This document shows positions 1 through 9,516 of a stretch of 64,000 nt of DNA, piece by piece. The DNA is from Pseudomonadota bacterium (GTDB taxonomy: Bacteria > Pseudomonadota > Alphaproteobacteria > Sphingomonadales > Sphingomonadaceae). A program made the position numbers and the translations under genes. The notes under the pieces are model-generated. The model saw only the letters and a program-made list of their open reading frames with translations. It did no database searches and was not told where the DNA came from. Where the stretch lies: NCBI GenBank assembly GCA_039804665.1, contig JBDLVU010000001.1, forward strand, positions 11,648 through 75,647. Direction: 5' to 3'. Numbering within the stretch: position 1 is the stretch's first letter; each line of letters begins with the position of its first letter.

Positions 1-350
1 GTCTGCAGCTTTGCTGCCTTGGGGATGAAGTCGGAATAGGGGATGTGGTTGCACGCGCCGTCCGGGCCAAAACGCCAGCCGTGGAACGGGCAGCGGATCG
101 ATTCCCCTTCCACATGCTCGCCATCGCGCACGATGTACGAAGTGGAGTTCTTCGCCAGATGCGCGCCCATGTGCGGGCAATAGGCATCCACCACATAGGG
201 CGCGCCGCTTTCGCCGCGATAGAGCACCAGATCCTTGCCGAAATAACGGATCGGCGCGGGGATGCGGGTGGCATCGCCGGCGGCGCCGATCATGAACCAG
301 CCGCGTGCAAAGGCGAACTCGCCCAAGCCATAATCGCTGGAGGTTGCCAT
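1..350 (-). CDS. kshA: Rieske oxygenase, 3-ketosteroid 9alpha-hydroxylase (KshA)-like; N-terminal part only, truncated by the window edge
   Basis: Manual minus-strand translation MATSSDYGLGEFAFARGWFMIG...DAYCPHMGAHL...IRCPFHGW; Rieske CxH...CxxH motif; GAGGAG RBS; close paralog of 37215-38300; absent from the ORF track. Confidence 0.75.
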   Translation of the reverse strand, partial: MATSSDYGLGEFAFARGWFMIGAAGDATRIPAPIRYFGKDLVLYRGESGAPYVVDAYCPHMGAHLAKNSTSYIVRDGEHVEGESIRCPFHGWRFGPDGACNHIPYSDFIPKAAKLQ

Positions 351-510
351 GGTCATCAACTCCTCTTGCAGCGCTGTTTTGACAGGGCTCAAACAGCGCA
401 ATCCACAACCGTTTACCCGTTTTTTCGTCGATTTGCGAAGAATCTTGCATCGCACATCTCTTGTGCAAATATGCACGCCGCCCTCGCCGGCAAACCGCAG
501 GATGATCGCA

Positions 511-903
511 ATGCGCAAAATACCACCAACGCAGGCCGCGATGAAGGCCGCGTTGCAGGCCTATGTCGACCGCACCAACGCAGGCGATGCCGCCGGTCTC
601 GTCGCGCTGTTCGCGCCCGACGCGGTCATTGAAGACCCGGTCGGTTCGCCCGTGAAGGCCTTCGCCGAATTTCCGGCGTGGTTCGGCGATTCGGTCGCTT
701 TCGGCGCGCGCCTCACGCCCGTTGCGCCAATTCGCGGGTCGCATTCCAATGCGGCGGCGCTGGTATTCGATGTGGAGTTCACCCCGCCCGGCGGCAACCG
801 GCTGCGCATCCGCTCGCTCGACGTGTGCACGTTCGACGCCGATGCGCGCATCACCTCGTTGCGGGCCTATTGGGGACCGGATGATGTGGAACCGGCCCTT
901 TGA
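511..903 (+). CDS. ksi: Steroid delta-isomerase (ketosteroid isomerase, NTF2 fold)
   Basis: Y..NAGD..G.VALFA.DA..EDPVGS and SLDV match KSI catalytic Tyr14/Asp38/Asp99 contexts. Confidence 0.8.
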   Translation: MRKIPPTQAAMKAALQAYVDRTNAGDAAGLVALFAPDAVIEDPVGSPVKAFAEFPAWFGDSVAFGARLTPVAPIRGSHSNAAALVFDVEFTPPGGNRLRIRSLDVCTFDADARITSLRAYWGPDDVEPAL

Positions 904-1718
904 AGCAACCCAGCGCATATCCATTCAGCCTCAACACCTTCAACGAATCGCCCTGGATCGGCGGCTCGGGCGACCTGCCAGGTTGGGTGGAGGCCGCCGC
1001 AGCGGCCGGATTTGACCAGATCGGCCCGGATTGCGCGTCGCTGGAGGCATGGCTGGCGGCGGGCGGCGCGCTGCCCGCGCTGGCGCGGCAGATGCGCGAT
1101 GCCGGGGTGGGCTGCGCGGTGGTGGCCGCGTGTGCCGTGCTCGACGGCAGCCCCACCCAACGCGACGCGCTGCGCCGCGCGGCAGGCCATGCCGAAGCGC
1201 TGGGTGCCCGGATGCTTCAGGTCAACGTCGCCGCGCCCGATGCACCGGCGCGGCTGGCCGCCGTGGCCGATGCCGCATCCCTGCTCGAAGGCACCGGGCT
1301 GAAACTCGCGCTGGAGTACATGCCCTTCACGCCGCTGCGCACCCTGGGCGAAACGCTGGAGATCGTCGCGCAGGTCGGTCCGGCGCGCGCCGGCGCCCTG
1401 ATCGACATCTGGCACCACGCGCACGATCCCGGCGGCTGGGAGGCGCTGGCCACCGCCCCGCTCGACGCCATCGCCTATGTCGAGTTCGACGACGCGCGGC
1501 CGATCCCGCCGGGCGCGGATCTTTCGGACGAGACGCTGCATCACCGCGCCATGCCCGGAACCGGCGCGCTTGATTGCGCGCGTTTCGCCGGTGCGGTGCG
1601 GGCAATCGGCTATACCGGAATGGTCAGCATCGAGGTGCTCGACCGGGGCTGGCGAGGCAGGCCCCTGCCCGATTACGCCCGCGCCTGCCACGCGGCATCG
1701 GCGCCATACTGGGTGTAA
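900..1718 (+). CDS. Sugar phosphate isomerase/epimerase family (AP endonuclease 2 TIM barrel)
   Basis: LALEYMP, DIWH, EFDDA, R..PGTG, GY.G.VSIEV metal-binding pattern; TTGA overlap with ksi. Confidence 0.75.
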   Translation: MKQPSAYPFSLNTFNESPWIGGSGDLPGWVEAAAAAGFDQIGPDCASLEAWLAAGGALPALARQMRDAGVGCAVVAACAVLDGSPTQRDALRRAAGHAEALGARMLQVNVAAPDAPARLAAVADAASLLEGTGLKLALEYMPFTPLRTLGETLEIVAQVGPARAGALIDIWHHAHDPGGWEALATAPLDAIAYVEFDDARPIPPGADLSDETLHHRAMPGTGALDCARFAGAVRAIGYTGMVSIEVLDRGWRGRPLPDYARACHAASAPYWV

Positions 1719-1750
1719 ATCGCCAAACTCTCGCAAAACAACATCAGCAT

Positions 1751-1780
1751 TGCGAAATTTAACGTAGAACATTCTACGCA
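1751..1780. promoter_or_regulatory. 30-bp palindromic operator (master-regulon site)
   Basis: TGCG-AAATTTAACGTAGAACATTCTA-CGCA upstream of the ADH/3alpha-HSD/Coq4-like operon. Confidence 0.7.
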
Positions 1781-1854
1781 AATACGTCAAAAGCACCTGC
1801 CCCGGCTCGTTCCTGAACCGGACGATCATTCGGGGGACAAGGGAGAGGACGCGC

Positions 1855-2880
1855 ATGCGCGCAGCCGTATTTCACGAAGCGGGCCAGCCGCTAACGATCG
1901 AAACCGTGCCCGATCCGCTTCCCGCCGCAGGCGAAGTGGTGATCGCGGTTCATGGCGCGGGCATCTGCGGTTCGGACCTCCACATCACCCAGCACGCCGG
2001 GATCATCCGTCCGGGTACGGTCCTTGGGCACGAATTCGCCGGCACGATCGCGGCGCTGGGCACCAGCGTCGGCGGATCGTGGAAGGTGGGCGACCGCGTG
2101 ACCGCCTTGCCGCTGTTTCCCTGCTGCCGCTGCGACGCCTGCGATGCGGCGATGCCCAACCTGTGTGCGCACGGCAACTGGGCCGGGGTCACCCCTGAAC
2201 GCCCCGGCGCCTATGCCCAATACGTCGTCGCGCGCGCCGCCTTGCTGCAAGGGGTGCCTGCCGGCGTCCCCGAGGCCGAGGCCGCGATGATCGAGCCGCT
2301 GGCCGTCGGCCACCACACCGTCGGTCGTGCCGGCATCCACCCAGGCGAAGCGATGCTGATCCTGGGCGGCGGGCCGATCGGGGCGGCCGCCGCGCTATTT
2401 GCCCGCGCTGCCGGCGCGCGCCATGTGGTGGTGAGCGAACCGGCCGCGCCCCGGCGCGAACGCTGCCACCAGCTGGGCGCCACCGCCACCATCGACCCGG
2501 CCGCCGGGGATGTCGCCGCGCGCTTTGCCGCGCTGGCGGGCAAGCGGCCGGACGTGGTCTTCGAATGCGTCGGCCTGCCCGGCCTGCTGCATCAGGCGGT
2601 CGAGCTTGCCGGCCTGCGCGGCCGCGTGGTGGTGGCGGGCGTGCTGTTCGAGGAAGACCGTCTCCCCCCGCTGGTCGCCTTCGCCAAGGAAGTGACCATT
2701 GCCTATAGCCAGGCCTATACCGAACGCGATTTCGCCGCGGTGATCGATGCCCTCGCCCGGCGCGAGATCGACGCCGCGCCGATGCACACGCGCACCGTCG
2801 GGCTGGACGACCTTCCCGCCGCGTTCGAGGCGCTGCGTGGCAACCCGCACGAATGCAAGGTGCTGATCGATCCGCGCTGA
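1855..2880 (+). CDS. Zinc-dependent alcohol dehydrogenase (MDR family)
   Basis: GICGSD, GHEFAG, structural Zn CxxCxxCx7C, GGGPIG. Confidence 0.9.
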   Translation: MRAAVFHEAGQPLTIETVPDPLPAAGEVVIAVHGAGICGSDLHITQHAGIIRPGTVLGHEFAGTIAALGTSVGGSWKVGDRVTALPLFPCCRCDACDAAMPNLCAHGNWAGVTPERPGAYAQYVVARAALLQGVPAGVPEAEAAMIEPLAVGHHTVGRAGIHPGEAMLILGGGPIGAAAALFARAAGARHVVVSEPAAPRRERCHQLGATATIDPAAGDVAARFAALAGKRPDVVFECVGLPGLLHQAVELAGLRGRVVVAGVLFEEDRLPPLVAFAKEVTIAYSQAYTERDFAAVIDALARREIDAAPMHTRTVGLDDLPAAFEALRGNPHECKVLIDPR

Positions 2881-2913
2881 TCCGGCACCGCCCCGATTCA
2901 TCCAGAAGGAACC

Positions 2914-3678
2914 ATGACCATGTCCCGTACCATCGTCATCACAGGCGCCGCTTCCGGCATCGGCAAGGCCACCGCCGACATCTGCCGCGCGGCCGGCGAC
3001 ACCGTGATCGGCGTCGACCTTTCCGGCACCGACATTTCCGCCGACCTGTCCACGCCCGCAGGCCGCGCGACGATGGTGGCCGAAGTCGGGCGGATCGCGC
3101 CGGGCGGCATCGATTCGCTGCTGGCCGGCGCCGGCATCTCGCGCCCCGATCCGATCTCGGTCGCGGTCAATTATTTCGGCGCCATCGCCACGCTCGAAGG
3201 CCTGCGCCCGCTGCTGGCCCGGTCGGCCACGCCGCGCGCGGTAGCGATCTGTTCCACCGCCGCGATCCTGCAGGGCAACAACGCCGTGGTCGAAGCCTGC
3301 CTTGCCGGTGACGAAGCCGCCGCGCTCGCCGCCTGCGCCGCCGCTCCGATGAGCGCCTATCTCGATTCCAAAAAGGCGTTGACCCTGTGGCTGCGCGCCG
3401 CCGCGGTAAAGCCCGAATGGGCGGGCGCGAGCATCTCGCTCAACGGCATCGGCCCGGGCGTGGTGCTCAGCCCGATGACCGCGCCGCTGTTCGACGATCC
3501 GGCCATGGTCGCCGCGATCCAGCGCAGCAATCCCATCGTGACCGAGGGCTATGCCCAGCCCGCCGAAATCGCCGAGGTGATCCGCTTCCTGCTGACGGTG
3601 CAGACGCCCTACCTGCTGGGACAGGTGCTGTTCGTCGATGGCGGGTCGGACGCGCTGCTGCGGCCCACCCAGTTCTGA
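2914..3678 (+). CDS. hsdA: 3alpha-hydroxysteroid dehydrogenase-like SDR
   Basis: TGAASGIG, ADLST..GR, VNYFGA, YxxSK and C-terminal DGG.DA..RPTQF resemble Comamonas 3alpha-HSD/CR. Confidence 0.75.
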   Translation: MTMSRTIVITGAASGIGKATADICRAAGDTVIGVDLSGTDISADLSTPAGRATMVAEVGRIAPGGIDSLLAGAGISRPDPISVAVNYFGAIATLEGLRPLLARSATPRAVAICSTAAILQGNNAVVEACLAGDEAAALAACAAAPMSAYLDSKKALTLWLRAAAVKPEWAGASISLNGIGPGVVLSPMTAPLFDDPAMVAAIQRSNPIVTEGYAQPAEIAEVIRFLLTVQTPYLLGQVLFVDGGSDALLRPTQF

Positions 3679-3704
3679 CACACCGGCTCTGAAAGGAACG
3701 CCCC

Positions 3705-4508
3705 ATGCAAGTCGGCAGCACCCTGCGCAGTTCCTCGCGCTGGCTCAACGATCCGCGCATCCGCGAATGGATGTCCACCGAAAGCCTGCGGCGCAACCGG
3801 CCCGATTATGGCCTGATCGAGGGGCTGCCGGTGCTGGTGCCCGCCATCGACGAAGTGCGTGACCGCGACCGGGCCGAACGCCTGATCCAGCAGGAGCGCC
3901 GCGACAACAAGGCGCTCGATCGCTGGTTCGAGGAACGCTTCGTTTCCACCTACACGCTCGAGGATCTTGGCCGGAATCCGGCCGGATCTCTCGGCCGGTT
4001 GCTCCACGATCACATGATCGCGCAGGACCTCAGCCTCGAACTGTTGACCCAGCGCCAGATGGACCCGACATGGGCGCCGGAGTCCGACCTTGACTACTTC
4101 ACGCTGCGCACCGGGCAGACCCACGATTTCGACCACCTGATAGGCGAATGCGGCTTTGACGTGATGGGCGAGATTTTCCCCACCGGCCTGCGCACCGGCA
4201 ACATGTTCGCGCACGTCTCGCCCGAACTGGCGGGTGAACTGCTGACCACCAACACGTTCATCACGTACCCGTGGATGATGCGGATCATGCTGCACTATCC
4301 GCAAGCCTGGCCAACGTTCTGGGCCAATTTCAGCCACGGCCACGATGTGGGGCAGCAATCGGCATGCCTGTTCACGGTGAAGTGGGAGGATTACCTCCAC
4401 CTCACCCCGGCCGAAGCGCGCGAAGCGCTGGGCGTTCGCGGATTTCGCGGCGCGGCAGACAACACCGCCGCCAGCCGCATCTTTGGCGAAGGCCGCCTGA
4501 TCATCTGA
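3705..4508 (+). CDS. Coq4-like metalloprotein (paralog 1)
   Basis: PAGSLG, THDFDH-x11-E, KWEDYLHL..AEAREALG. Confidence 0.75.
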   Translation: MQVGSTLRSSSRWLNDPRIREWMSTESLRRNRPDYGLIEGLPVLVPAIDEVRDRDRAERLIQQERRDNKALDRWFEERFVSTYTLEDLGRNPAGSLGRLLHDHMIAQDLSLELLTQRQMDPTWAPESDLDYFTLRTGQTHDFDHLIGECGFDVMGEIFPTGLRTGNMFAHVSPELAGELLTTNTFITYPWMMRIMLHYPQAWPTFWANFSHGHDVGQQSACLFTVKWEDYLHLTPAEAREALGVRGFRGAADNTAASRIFGEGRLII

Positions 4509-4524
4509 ACCGGCGCGGGCGCGG

Positions 4525-5091
4525 CTAACCCCGCGCCTGCGCGAACAACGCCAGCCGCGCATAGACCGCGTCGTCCGCGCCGGGGCGCCCGGTTTCGACG
4601 CCATCGTCGATGGCCGGCCCCTCGCCTCGCCGCAGCGCACGATCCTCGAACCAGTCCAGCACCAGCGAGCGCCGCCAGAACCGCCACACCCCGTCACGCT
4701 TGCGATAGCGGTCGAGATAGCGGCCCCCGGCCACGATTTCGCGCACCGGCGCGCCATCCGGCCCGCCATCGACCGTGCGGTGATAGGCCACCGTCTGCAA
4801 TTCGCCTTCCGCGCTGTCTCCATCGACAAGGAACAGCATGTTGCCGATCGAATGGACCGTGGCCGCCCAGTTGGCCATCATCGAGGGCAGCCATGCCACG
4901 TATTCGTCGGGGCCGCCCCGGAACATCGGCCCGTGATCGTCGATCGCGTCGTCGTGATACAGCGTGCGCAGCAACGCATAATCGCGTCGGTCGATGGCGT
5001 GGCAATAGGCCCACCCCAGCTGCTGCAGGGCAAACTGGTCGGCCACGTCCTGCGCGGTCCAGACGCGGGGAGAAAGCACCGGAGCGGTCAT
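4525..5091 (-). CDS. NTF2/SnoaL-like domain protein
   Basis: YCHAIDRRD...YHDDAIDDHG, GGRYLDRYRKRDGVWRF; AGAGGA RBS. Confidence 0.85.
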   Translation of the reverse strand: MTAPVLSPRVWTAQDVADQFALQQLGWAYCHAIDRRDYALLRTLYHDDAIDDHGPMFRGGPDEYVAWLPSMMANWAATVHSIGNMLFLVDGDSAEGELQTVAYHRTVDGGPDGAPVREIVAGGRYLDRYRKRDGVWRFWRRSLVLDWFEDRALRRGEGPAIDDGVETGRPGADDAVYARLALFAQARG

Positions 5092-5104
5092 GGCAAATCC
5101 TCTA

Positions 5105-5134
5105 TGCGCAAAATGTATCGCCATTCATTACGCA
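5105..5134. promoter_or_regulatory. 30-bp palindromic operator in a divergent promoter; TTGACA follows at 5140-5145
   Basis: TGCG-CAAAATGTATCGCCATTCATTA-CGCA. Confidence 0.7.
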
Positions 5135-5204
5135 TGGAATTGACATTATCCAAGTTTGGCGTTCAATTGCGTCGAAATAAAACACAACGATCTGGAGAGT
5201 CTCC

Positions 5205-6071
5205 ATGACGCAGACCGCTGCGCCCCCTTCAACCGCACTCGATTTCACCGGCCGCACAGTGCTTGTCACCGGCGGCGGCGTGGGCATCGGGCGCGGCATT
5301 GCCGAAGCCTTTGCCGCTGCGGGGGCCAGCGTGGTCATCGCCGAAATCGATCCGCAGCGCGCCGCCGATGTCGCCGCCGCGCTGCCTACGGCGCGGGTCG
5401 TGGTCTGCGACGTGCTCGACCGGGGCACCCCCGCCCTGCTGGCACAGCGCATCGCGGCTGAAACCGGACGGCTGGACGTGCTGGTCAACAACGTCGGCCA
5501 CTTCGTCCACGCCCTGCCGTTCGCCATGCTGGACGAAGACCAGATCGACGAAATCCTCAACGTCAATCTGGGACAGGTGCTGCGCATGACGCGCGCGATG
5601 CTGCCGCTGCTGCGCGCCGCCGCACCGGGATCGAGCGTGATCAACGTCACCTCGATAGAGGCGCATCGCGGCATTCCCTATTGCACGGTCTATGCCGCCG
5701 GAAAGGCCGGTGTTTCGGGCTTTACCAAAAGCCTCGCGCTCGAACTCGCGCCCGAAGGCATTCGCGTGAACGACATCGCGCCCGAAACCACAGATACGCC
5801 GCAGGTGGCGCTGGACGTGATGATCCCGCCCGAAAACCGCGCGCATATGGACAAGTGGATTCCGCTCGGCCGCTTTGGCAAGCCGTCCGACTGCGCGGGC
5901 GCGGCGCTTTACCTCGCCAGTCCGCTGGCCGCATGGGTCACGGGCACGGTGATCCATGTCGATGGCGGCGCGCTGGCCGCATCGGGCTGGATGCAGACGC
6001 CCACCGGCGAATGGACCGTTGTGCCGATGATCTCGGGCAATGGCCTCAAGATTACGGGACAGGCCGCATGA
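5205..6071 (+). CDS. SDR family oxidoreductase
   Basis: TGGGVGIG, NNVG, YAAGK, VDGG. Confidence 0.9.
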   Translation: MTQTAAPPSTALDFTGRTVLVTGGGVGIGRGIAEAFAAAGASVVIAEIDPQRAADVAAALPTARVVVCDVLDRGTPALLAQRIAAETGRLDVLVNNVGHFVHALPFAMLDEDQIDEILNVNLGQVLRMTRAMLPLLRAAAPGSSVINVTSIEAHRGIPYCTVYAAGKAGVSGFTKSLALELAPEGIRVNDIAPETTDTPQVALDVMIPPENRAHMDKWIPLGRFGKPSDCAGAALYLASPLAAWVTGTVIHVDGGALAASGWMQTPTGEWTVVPMISGNGLKITGQAA

Positions 6072-6499
6072 AGCAGCGCGATATCCTGGCGCTGCGTCGC
6101 ACCGCAGAAATCTATGCGCGCGGTGCCGACCGCCGCGACAAGGCCGATTGGCTCGCCGTTCTGGCCGAAGACGTAACCATCAGCGGCCCCGGCTTCACCG
6201 TGGAAGGGCGAGAGGCCAACCTCGGCTCGATCGACATGCTGGGCCAGATGTTCAAGGCGACCCGACACCTCGTCCACAACCAGACGGTCGAGATCGACGG
6301 CGATACCGCGCGCGGCGAAACCTATGGCACCGCCGAACACGTGATGGAGGACCCCGGCGGCGACAGGCTGCTGTGCTGGGCGATCCGCTATCAGGACGAA
6401 TGGCGGCGCGACGCGGGCGACGACTGGCGCTTCACCCGGCGTAACCTGATCGTCGACTGGGAAGAACTGCGCCCGCTCAAGCCCGCGAGCCCGGCGTGA
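6068..6499 (+). CDS. NTF2/SnoaL-like domain protein
   Basis: YARGADRRD, TRHLVHNQ, RYQDEW...WRF; ATGA overlap with upstream SDR. Confidence 0.85.
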   Translation: MKQRDILALRRTAEIYARGADRRDKADWLAVLAEDVTISGPGFTVEGREANLGSIDMLGQMFKATRHLVHNQTVEIDGDTARGETYGTAEHVMEDPGGDRLLCWAIRYQDEWRRDAGDDWRFTRRNLIVDWEELRPLKPASPA

Positions 6500-7341
6500 C
6501 CGGGGCGCTGACCGGCCGGACGGTGGCGATCACCGGGGCCACCGGTGCCATTGCGCAGGCCGCCGGCGTGGCGCTGGCGCGCGATGGGGCGCACCTTGCG
6601 CTCATGGCCCGTCGCAAGGACGGCGTCGAAGCGGCCGCCGTCGCGATCCGCGCCGAAGTCCCCGATGCGCAGGTCACCGCCATCGTCGCCGATTGCACCG
6701 ACGAAGCCGGGGTAAAGGCCGGTCTGGCGCAGGCGCATGGGCTGCACGGACGGCTTGACGGCATCTTCGCCACGGTCGGCGGCGGCGGGTTCAGCCCGCT
6801 GATGATGCTCGATGCCGCAACGTTGCGCGCGGAATTCGACGTCAACGTCGTCTCCGCCTTTCTCGCCATTCGCCACGGCGTTCCGCTGATGCAACCCGGC
6901 GGCTCGATCGTGCTGACCTCATCGAACAGCGCGAACATGCCGTTCGCCTATCTCGCCGGCTATCACATCGCCAAGTCGGGCCTTGAGGCGCTGGTTCGCG
7001 CGGCGGCAGAGGAACTGGGCGGCGCGGGGATCCGCGTCAATGCCGTCCGCCCCGGCATGACACGTTCGGGCGCAACCGCGCCGATGTTCGACAATCCCGC
7101 CCTCTCCGCCCCGTTTCTGCGCGAATATCCGCTCGGCCGGCTGGGCGAGGCGCACGACATCGCGGGCGCGGTGCGGTTCCTGATCGGGCCGGAAAGCGCG
7201 TGGATCACCGGGCAGAGCCTTGCCGTCGATGGCGGCAACGAACTGCGCCGCAACCCTGACCTGACGCCGATGGTCGAAGCCATATTCGGCGCCGAAACCG
7301 TGGCCGCCGCGCGTGCAGGCCATCCCATCGACCCTTCCTGA
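6496..7341 (+). CDS. SDR family oxidoreductase
   Basis: TGATGAIA, YHIAK, VDGG; GTGA overlap. Confidence 0.85.
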   Translation: MTGALTGRTVAITGATGAIAQAAGVALARDGAHLALMARRKDGVEAAAVAIRAEVPDAQVTAIVADCTDEAGVKAGLAQAHGLHGRLDGIFATVGGGGFSPLMMLDAATLRAEFDVNVVSAFLAIRHGVPLMQPGGSIVLTSSNSANMPFAYLAGYHIAKSGLEALVRAAAEELGGAGIRVNAVRPGMTRSGATAPMFDNPALSAPFLREYPLGRLGEAHDIAGAVRFLIGPESAWITGQSLAVDGGNELRRNPDLTPMVEAIFGAETVAAARAGHPIDPS

Positions 7342-7355
7342 AGGATGCAGACCCC

Positions 7356-8255
7356 ATGAAGATCTTTGTTGCCGGCGGAACCGGCGCCCTGGGCGGCCAC
7401 GCCGCAATCCATCTTGCCGCCAAGGGTCACGATGTGACTATCGGCGGGCGCAAGCCGGCCCACCCCGATACCCCGATGGCGGCGATGCCCTTCCTTCAGG
7501 GCGATTACGTTGCCGGGGATTATACCGCGGATCGTCTGGCCGGGTTCGACTGGGTGGTCTTTGCCGCCGGCAACGACCCCCGCCACGTGCCGCAGGGCAG
7601 CGATTTCGATGCCTATCTGATCAAGGCCAACCACGAAGCCGTGCCCGCGTTTTTCGCCGCCGCGCGCGAAGCCGGGGTCAGCCGCGCGGTGCAGCTCGGC
7701 AGCTTCTATGCGCAGGCCGCGCCTGAATTGCTGGCAGGCAACAGCTACATCCGTTCGCGCCTTGCCGCGTGCGAAGGCGCGCGGGCGCAAAGCGGCGCCG
7801 GCTTCGACGCGATCAGCGTGAATGCGCCCTTCATGGTGGGGACCGTGGCCGGGCTGCCCAGCGCGATCTTCGAACCTTATACCCAGTGGGCAAAGGGTCT
7901 GATCCCCATTCCCGCCTATGCGCCGCCGGGCGGCACCAACTTCATGTCGTTCCGTTCGCTGTCCGAAGCGATCGAGGGCGCGCTGGAGCGGGGCGAGGCG
8001 GGCAAGGCCTATCTCGTGGGCGATGAAAACCTGTCCTTCGCCGAATATTTCCAGCTGTTCTTCGATGCCGTAGGCAATCCCGCGCGCGTCGAAACGCGGG
8101 ACGAGGAACTGCCGCTGCTGCCCGACGCGGCCATTCCGCAGGGGCGCGGCAACTTCATTCGCTATGAACCCGACGCGGCCGAGACCGCCCTGCTGGGCTA
8201 TCGCAGGCATGACGTGAAGGCCGCCGTGGCCGATATCGTGGCGCAATTCGGCTGA
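7356..8255 (+). CDS. NAD-dependent epimerase/dehydratase (extended SDR)
   Basis: MKIFVAGGTGALG, YIRSR, G..G..YLVGDENLSF. Confidence 0.8.
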   Translation: MKIFVAGGTGALGGHAAIHLAAKGHDVTIGGRKPAHPDTPMAAMPFLQGDYVAGDYTADRLAGFDWVVFAAGNDPRHVPQGSDFDAYLIKANHEAVPAFFAAAREAGVSRAVQLGSFYAQAAPELLAGNSYIRSRLAACEGARAQSGAGFDAISVNAPFMVGTVAGLPSAIFEPYTQWAKGLIPIPAYAPPGGTNFMSFRSLSEAIEGALERGEAGKAYLVGDENLSFAEYFQLFFDAVGNPARVETRDEELPLLPDAAIPQGRGNFIRYEPDAAETALLGYRRHDVKAAVADIVAQFG

Positions 8256-8264
8256 AGTTGAGAA

Positions 8265-8303
8265 CGACCTAAGGGGGGTCTGGATCGACCTAAGCGGGTC
8301 TGG
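8265..8303. repeat. Tandem direct repeat of two palindromic units (candidate regulator boxes)
   Basis: CGACCTAAGGGGGGTCTGG (8265-8283) and CGACCTAAGCGGGTCTGG (8286-8303), each GACC...GGTC. Confidence 0.55.
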
Positions 8304-8325
8304 CGCTGGCAACAAGGACACAAAC

Positions 8326-8841
8326 ATGCCCGAAACCACCCCTGCCGCGCCGTCTCCGCGCCCCGAACTCGACGCCGTGATGATGGCGCTAGATGCCACG
8401 CTACGCGCGCACCGCACCCTGCCTCCACGACTGGTGGAACTGGTGCGGCTGCGCGTGGCGTTCCACAACCAGTGCCGCCCGTGCATGTCCATCCGCTATG
8501 GCGACGCGGTGGACGACGGGCTGGACGAAGCGCTGGTCTGCACGCTGGAACGCCCCGATGCGCCGTCGGACATGACCGAGGCGGAACGCGTGGCGGTGCG
8601 CTATGCGGATCGCTTTGCCACCAACCACCTTGCCATCGACGCTGCGATGCTGGCCGATTTGCGCAGCCATTTCAGCGCGGGCGAAATCCGCGAACTGGCA
8701 ATCCAGACCGCGTTCTTCACCGGTTTTGGCCGGATGGGCGCAGTGTTCGATGCGGGCGAGGCGCTGCCGGTCGGTCCGCGTCCGGCCGATGGCACACGGC
8801 TGGCGCCGTGGGGCATCGATCCGGTGGTGGTGCGGCCCTAG
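8326..8841 (+). CDS. Carboxymuconolactone decarboxylase/AhpD family protein
   Basis: ELVRLRVA..NQCRPCM (CxxC), L..HFS..EI.EL. Confidence 0.8.
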   Translation: MPETTPAAPSPRPELDAVMMALDATLRAHRTLPPRLVELVRLRVAFHNQCRPCMSIRYGDAVDDGLDEALVCTLERPDAPSDMTEAERVAVRYADRFATNHLAIDAAMLADLRSHFSAGEIRELAIQTAFFTGFGRMGAVFDAGEALPVGPRPADGTRLAPWGIDPVVVRP

Positions 8842-8845
8842 GCGC

Positions 8846-9349
8846 CTATTTGCGCAGGCGGGCGGCCAGCAGGGCGGCCCCGAGCAGCACGACCGCCAGC
8901 AACACCGACAGCGCCATTTCCGCCAACGTCGCGGTTTCGTGCAGGGCCGGGATCGTACCGACGGTCAGGAACAGCATGGCCGCGTGGTTCACCAGCAGCG
9001 GCACCCAGCCCATGATCAGCGCGTAGACCGCCGCCAGCACCACGCCCAGCGCGATTCCCATGCCGGCCATTCCCATCAGGACCGGCAGTTGCGACAGCAT
9101 CCATGCCAGCGACAGCCCGAAGAATGCGCCGGCGACCGACGGCACGAACTTGTCCGGCGCGGCGTGGCACAACCCGGTGAAATAGAACACGAACAGGAAG
9201 CCGCCATAGACCGACGGCAGCCCGAGCGCATGGCTGATACCGATGAACGCCGCCACGGCGACGACGACGATGGCCAGCATCGCCAACCCCTTGCCCGGAC
9301 CGAGCGGGGTGGAAGATGGCTGATCTGCGGGCGCGATGGTGGTGGCCAT
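8846..9349 (-). CDS. Hypothetical integral membrane protein (about 5 TM helices)
   Basis: Highly hydrophobic segments; GAGAGGA RBS. Confidence 0.7.
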   Translation of the reverse strand: MATTIAPADQPSSTPLGPGKGLAMLAIVVVAVAAFIGISHALGLPSVYGGFLFVFYFTGLCHAAPDKFVPSVAGAFFGLSLAWMLSQLPVLMGMAGMGIALGVVLAAVYALIMGWVPLLVNHAAMLFLTVGTIPALHETATLAEMALSVLLAVVLLGAALLAARLRK

Positions 9350-9435
9350 GATGTCGGTTCCTCTCCCGGGCGGCTCTGGTGGCCGAATCCCATGGGGAGT
9401 GAAGCCGATTTGCACGACCCGGGCAATTCAGAAAA

Positions 9436-9465
9436 TGCGAAAAATCTTCGTTTTACGGATACGCG
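9436..9465. promoter_or_regulatory. 30-bp operator, one mismatch
   Basis: TGCG-AAAAATCTTCGTTTTACGGATA-CGCG upstream of the membrane protein gene. Confidence 0.5.
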
Positions 9466-9502
9466 AAGGTGGACTTTATAAACACCAAAGACCACCTTCG
9501 CG
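9462..9502. terminator. Stem-loop downstream of the esterase gene
   Basis: Perfect 11-bp arms CGCGAAGGTGG / CCACCTTCGCG, with inner CTTT/AAAG pairing. Confidence 0.5.
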
Positions 9503-9516
9503 CAAAATCCGAACGA

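Noticed and set aside
424-454. Possible 14th operator in the kshA/ksi divergent region
   Set aside because: The best match is TTCG-N23-CGCA, with the wrong spacing plus a mismatch; half-sites only.
3705-4508. Calling the Coq4-like genes ubiquinone biosynthesis genes (coq4)
   Set aside because: Four divergent copies in catabolic operons with no ubi context; only family membership is supported.
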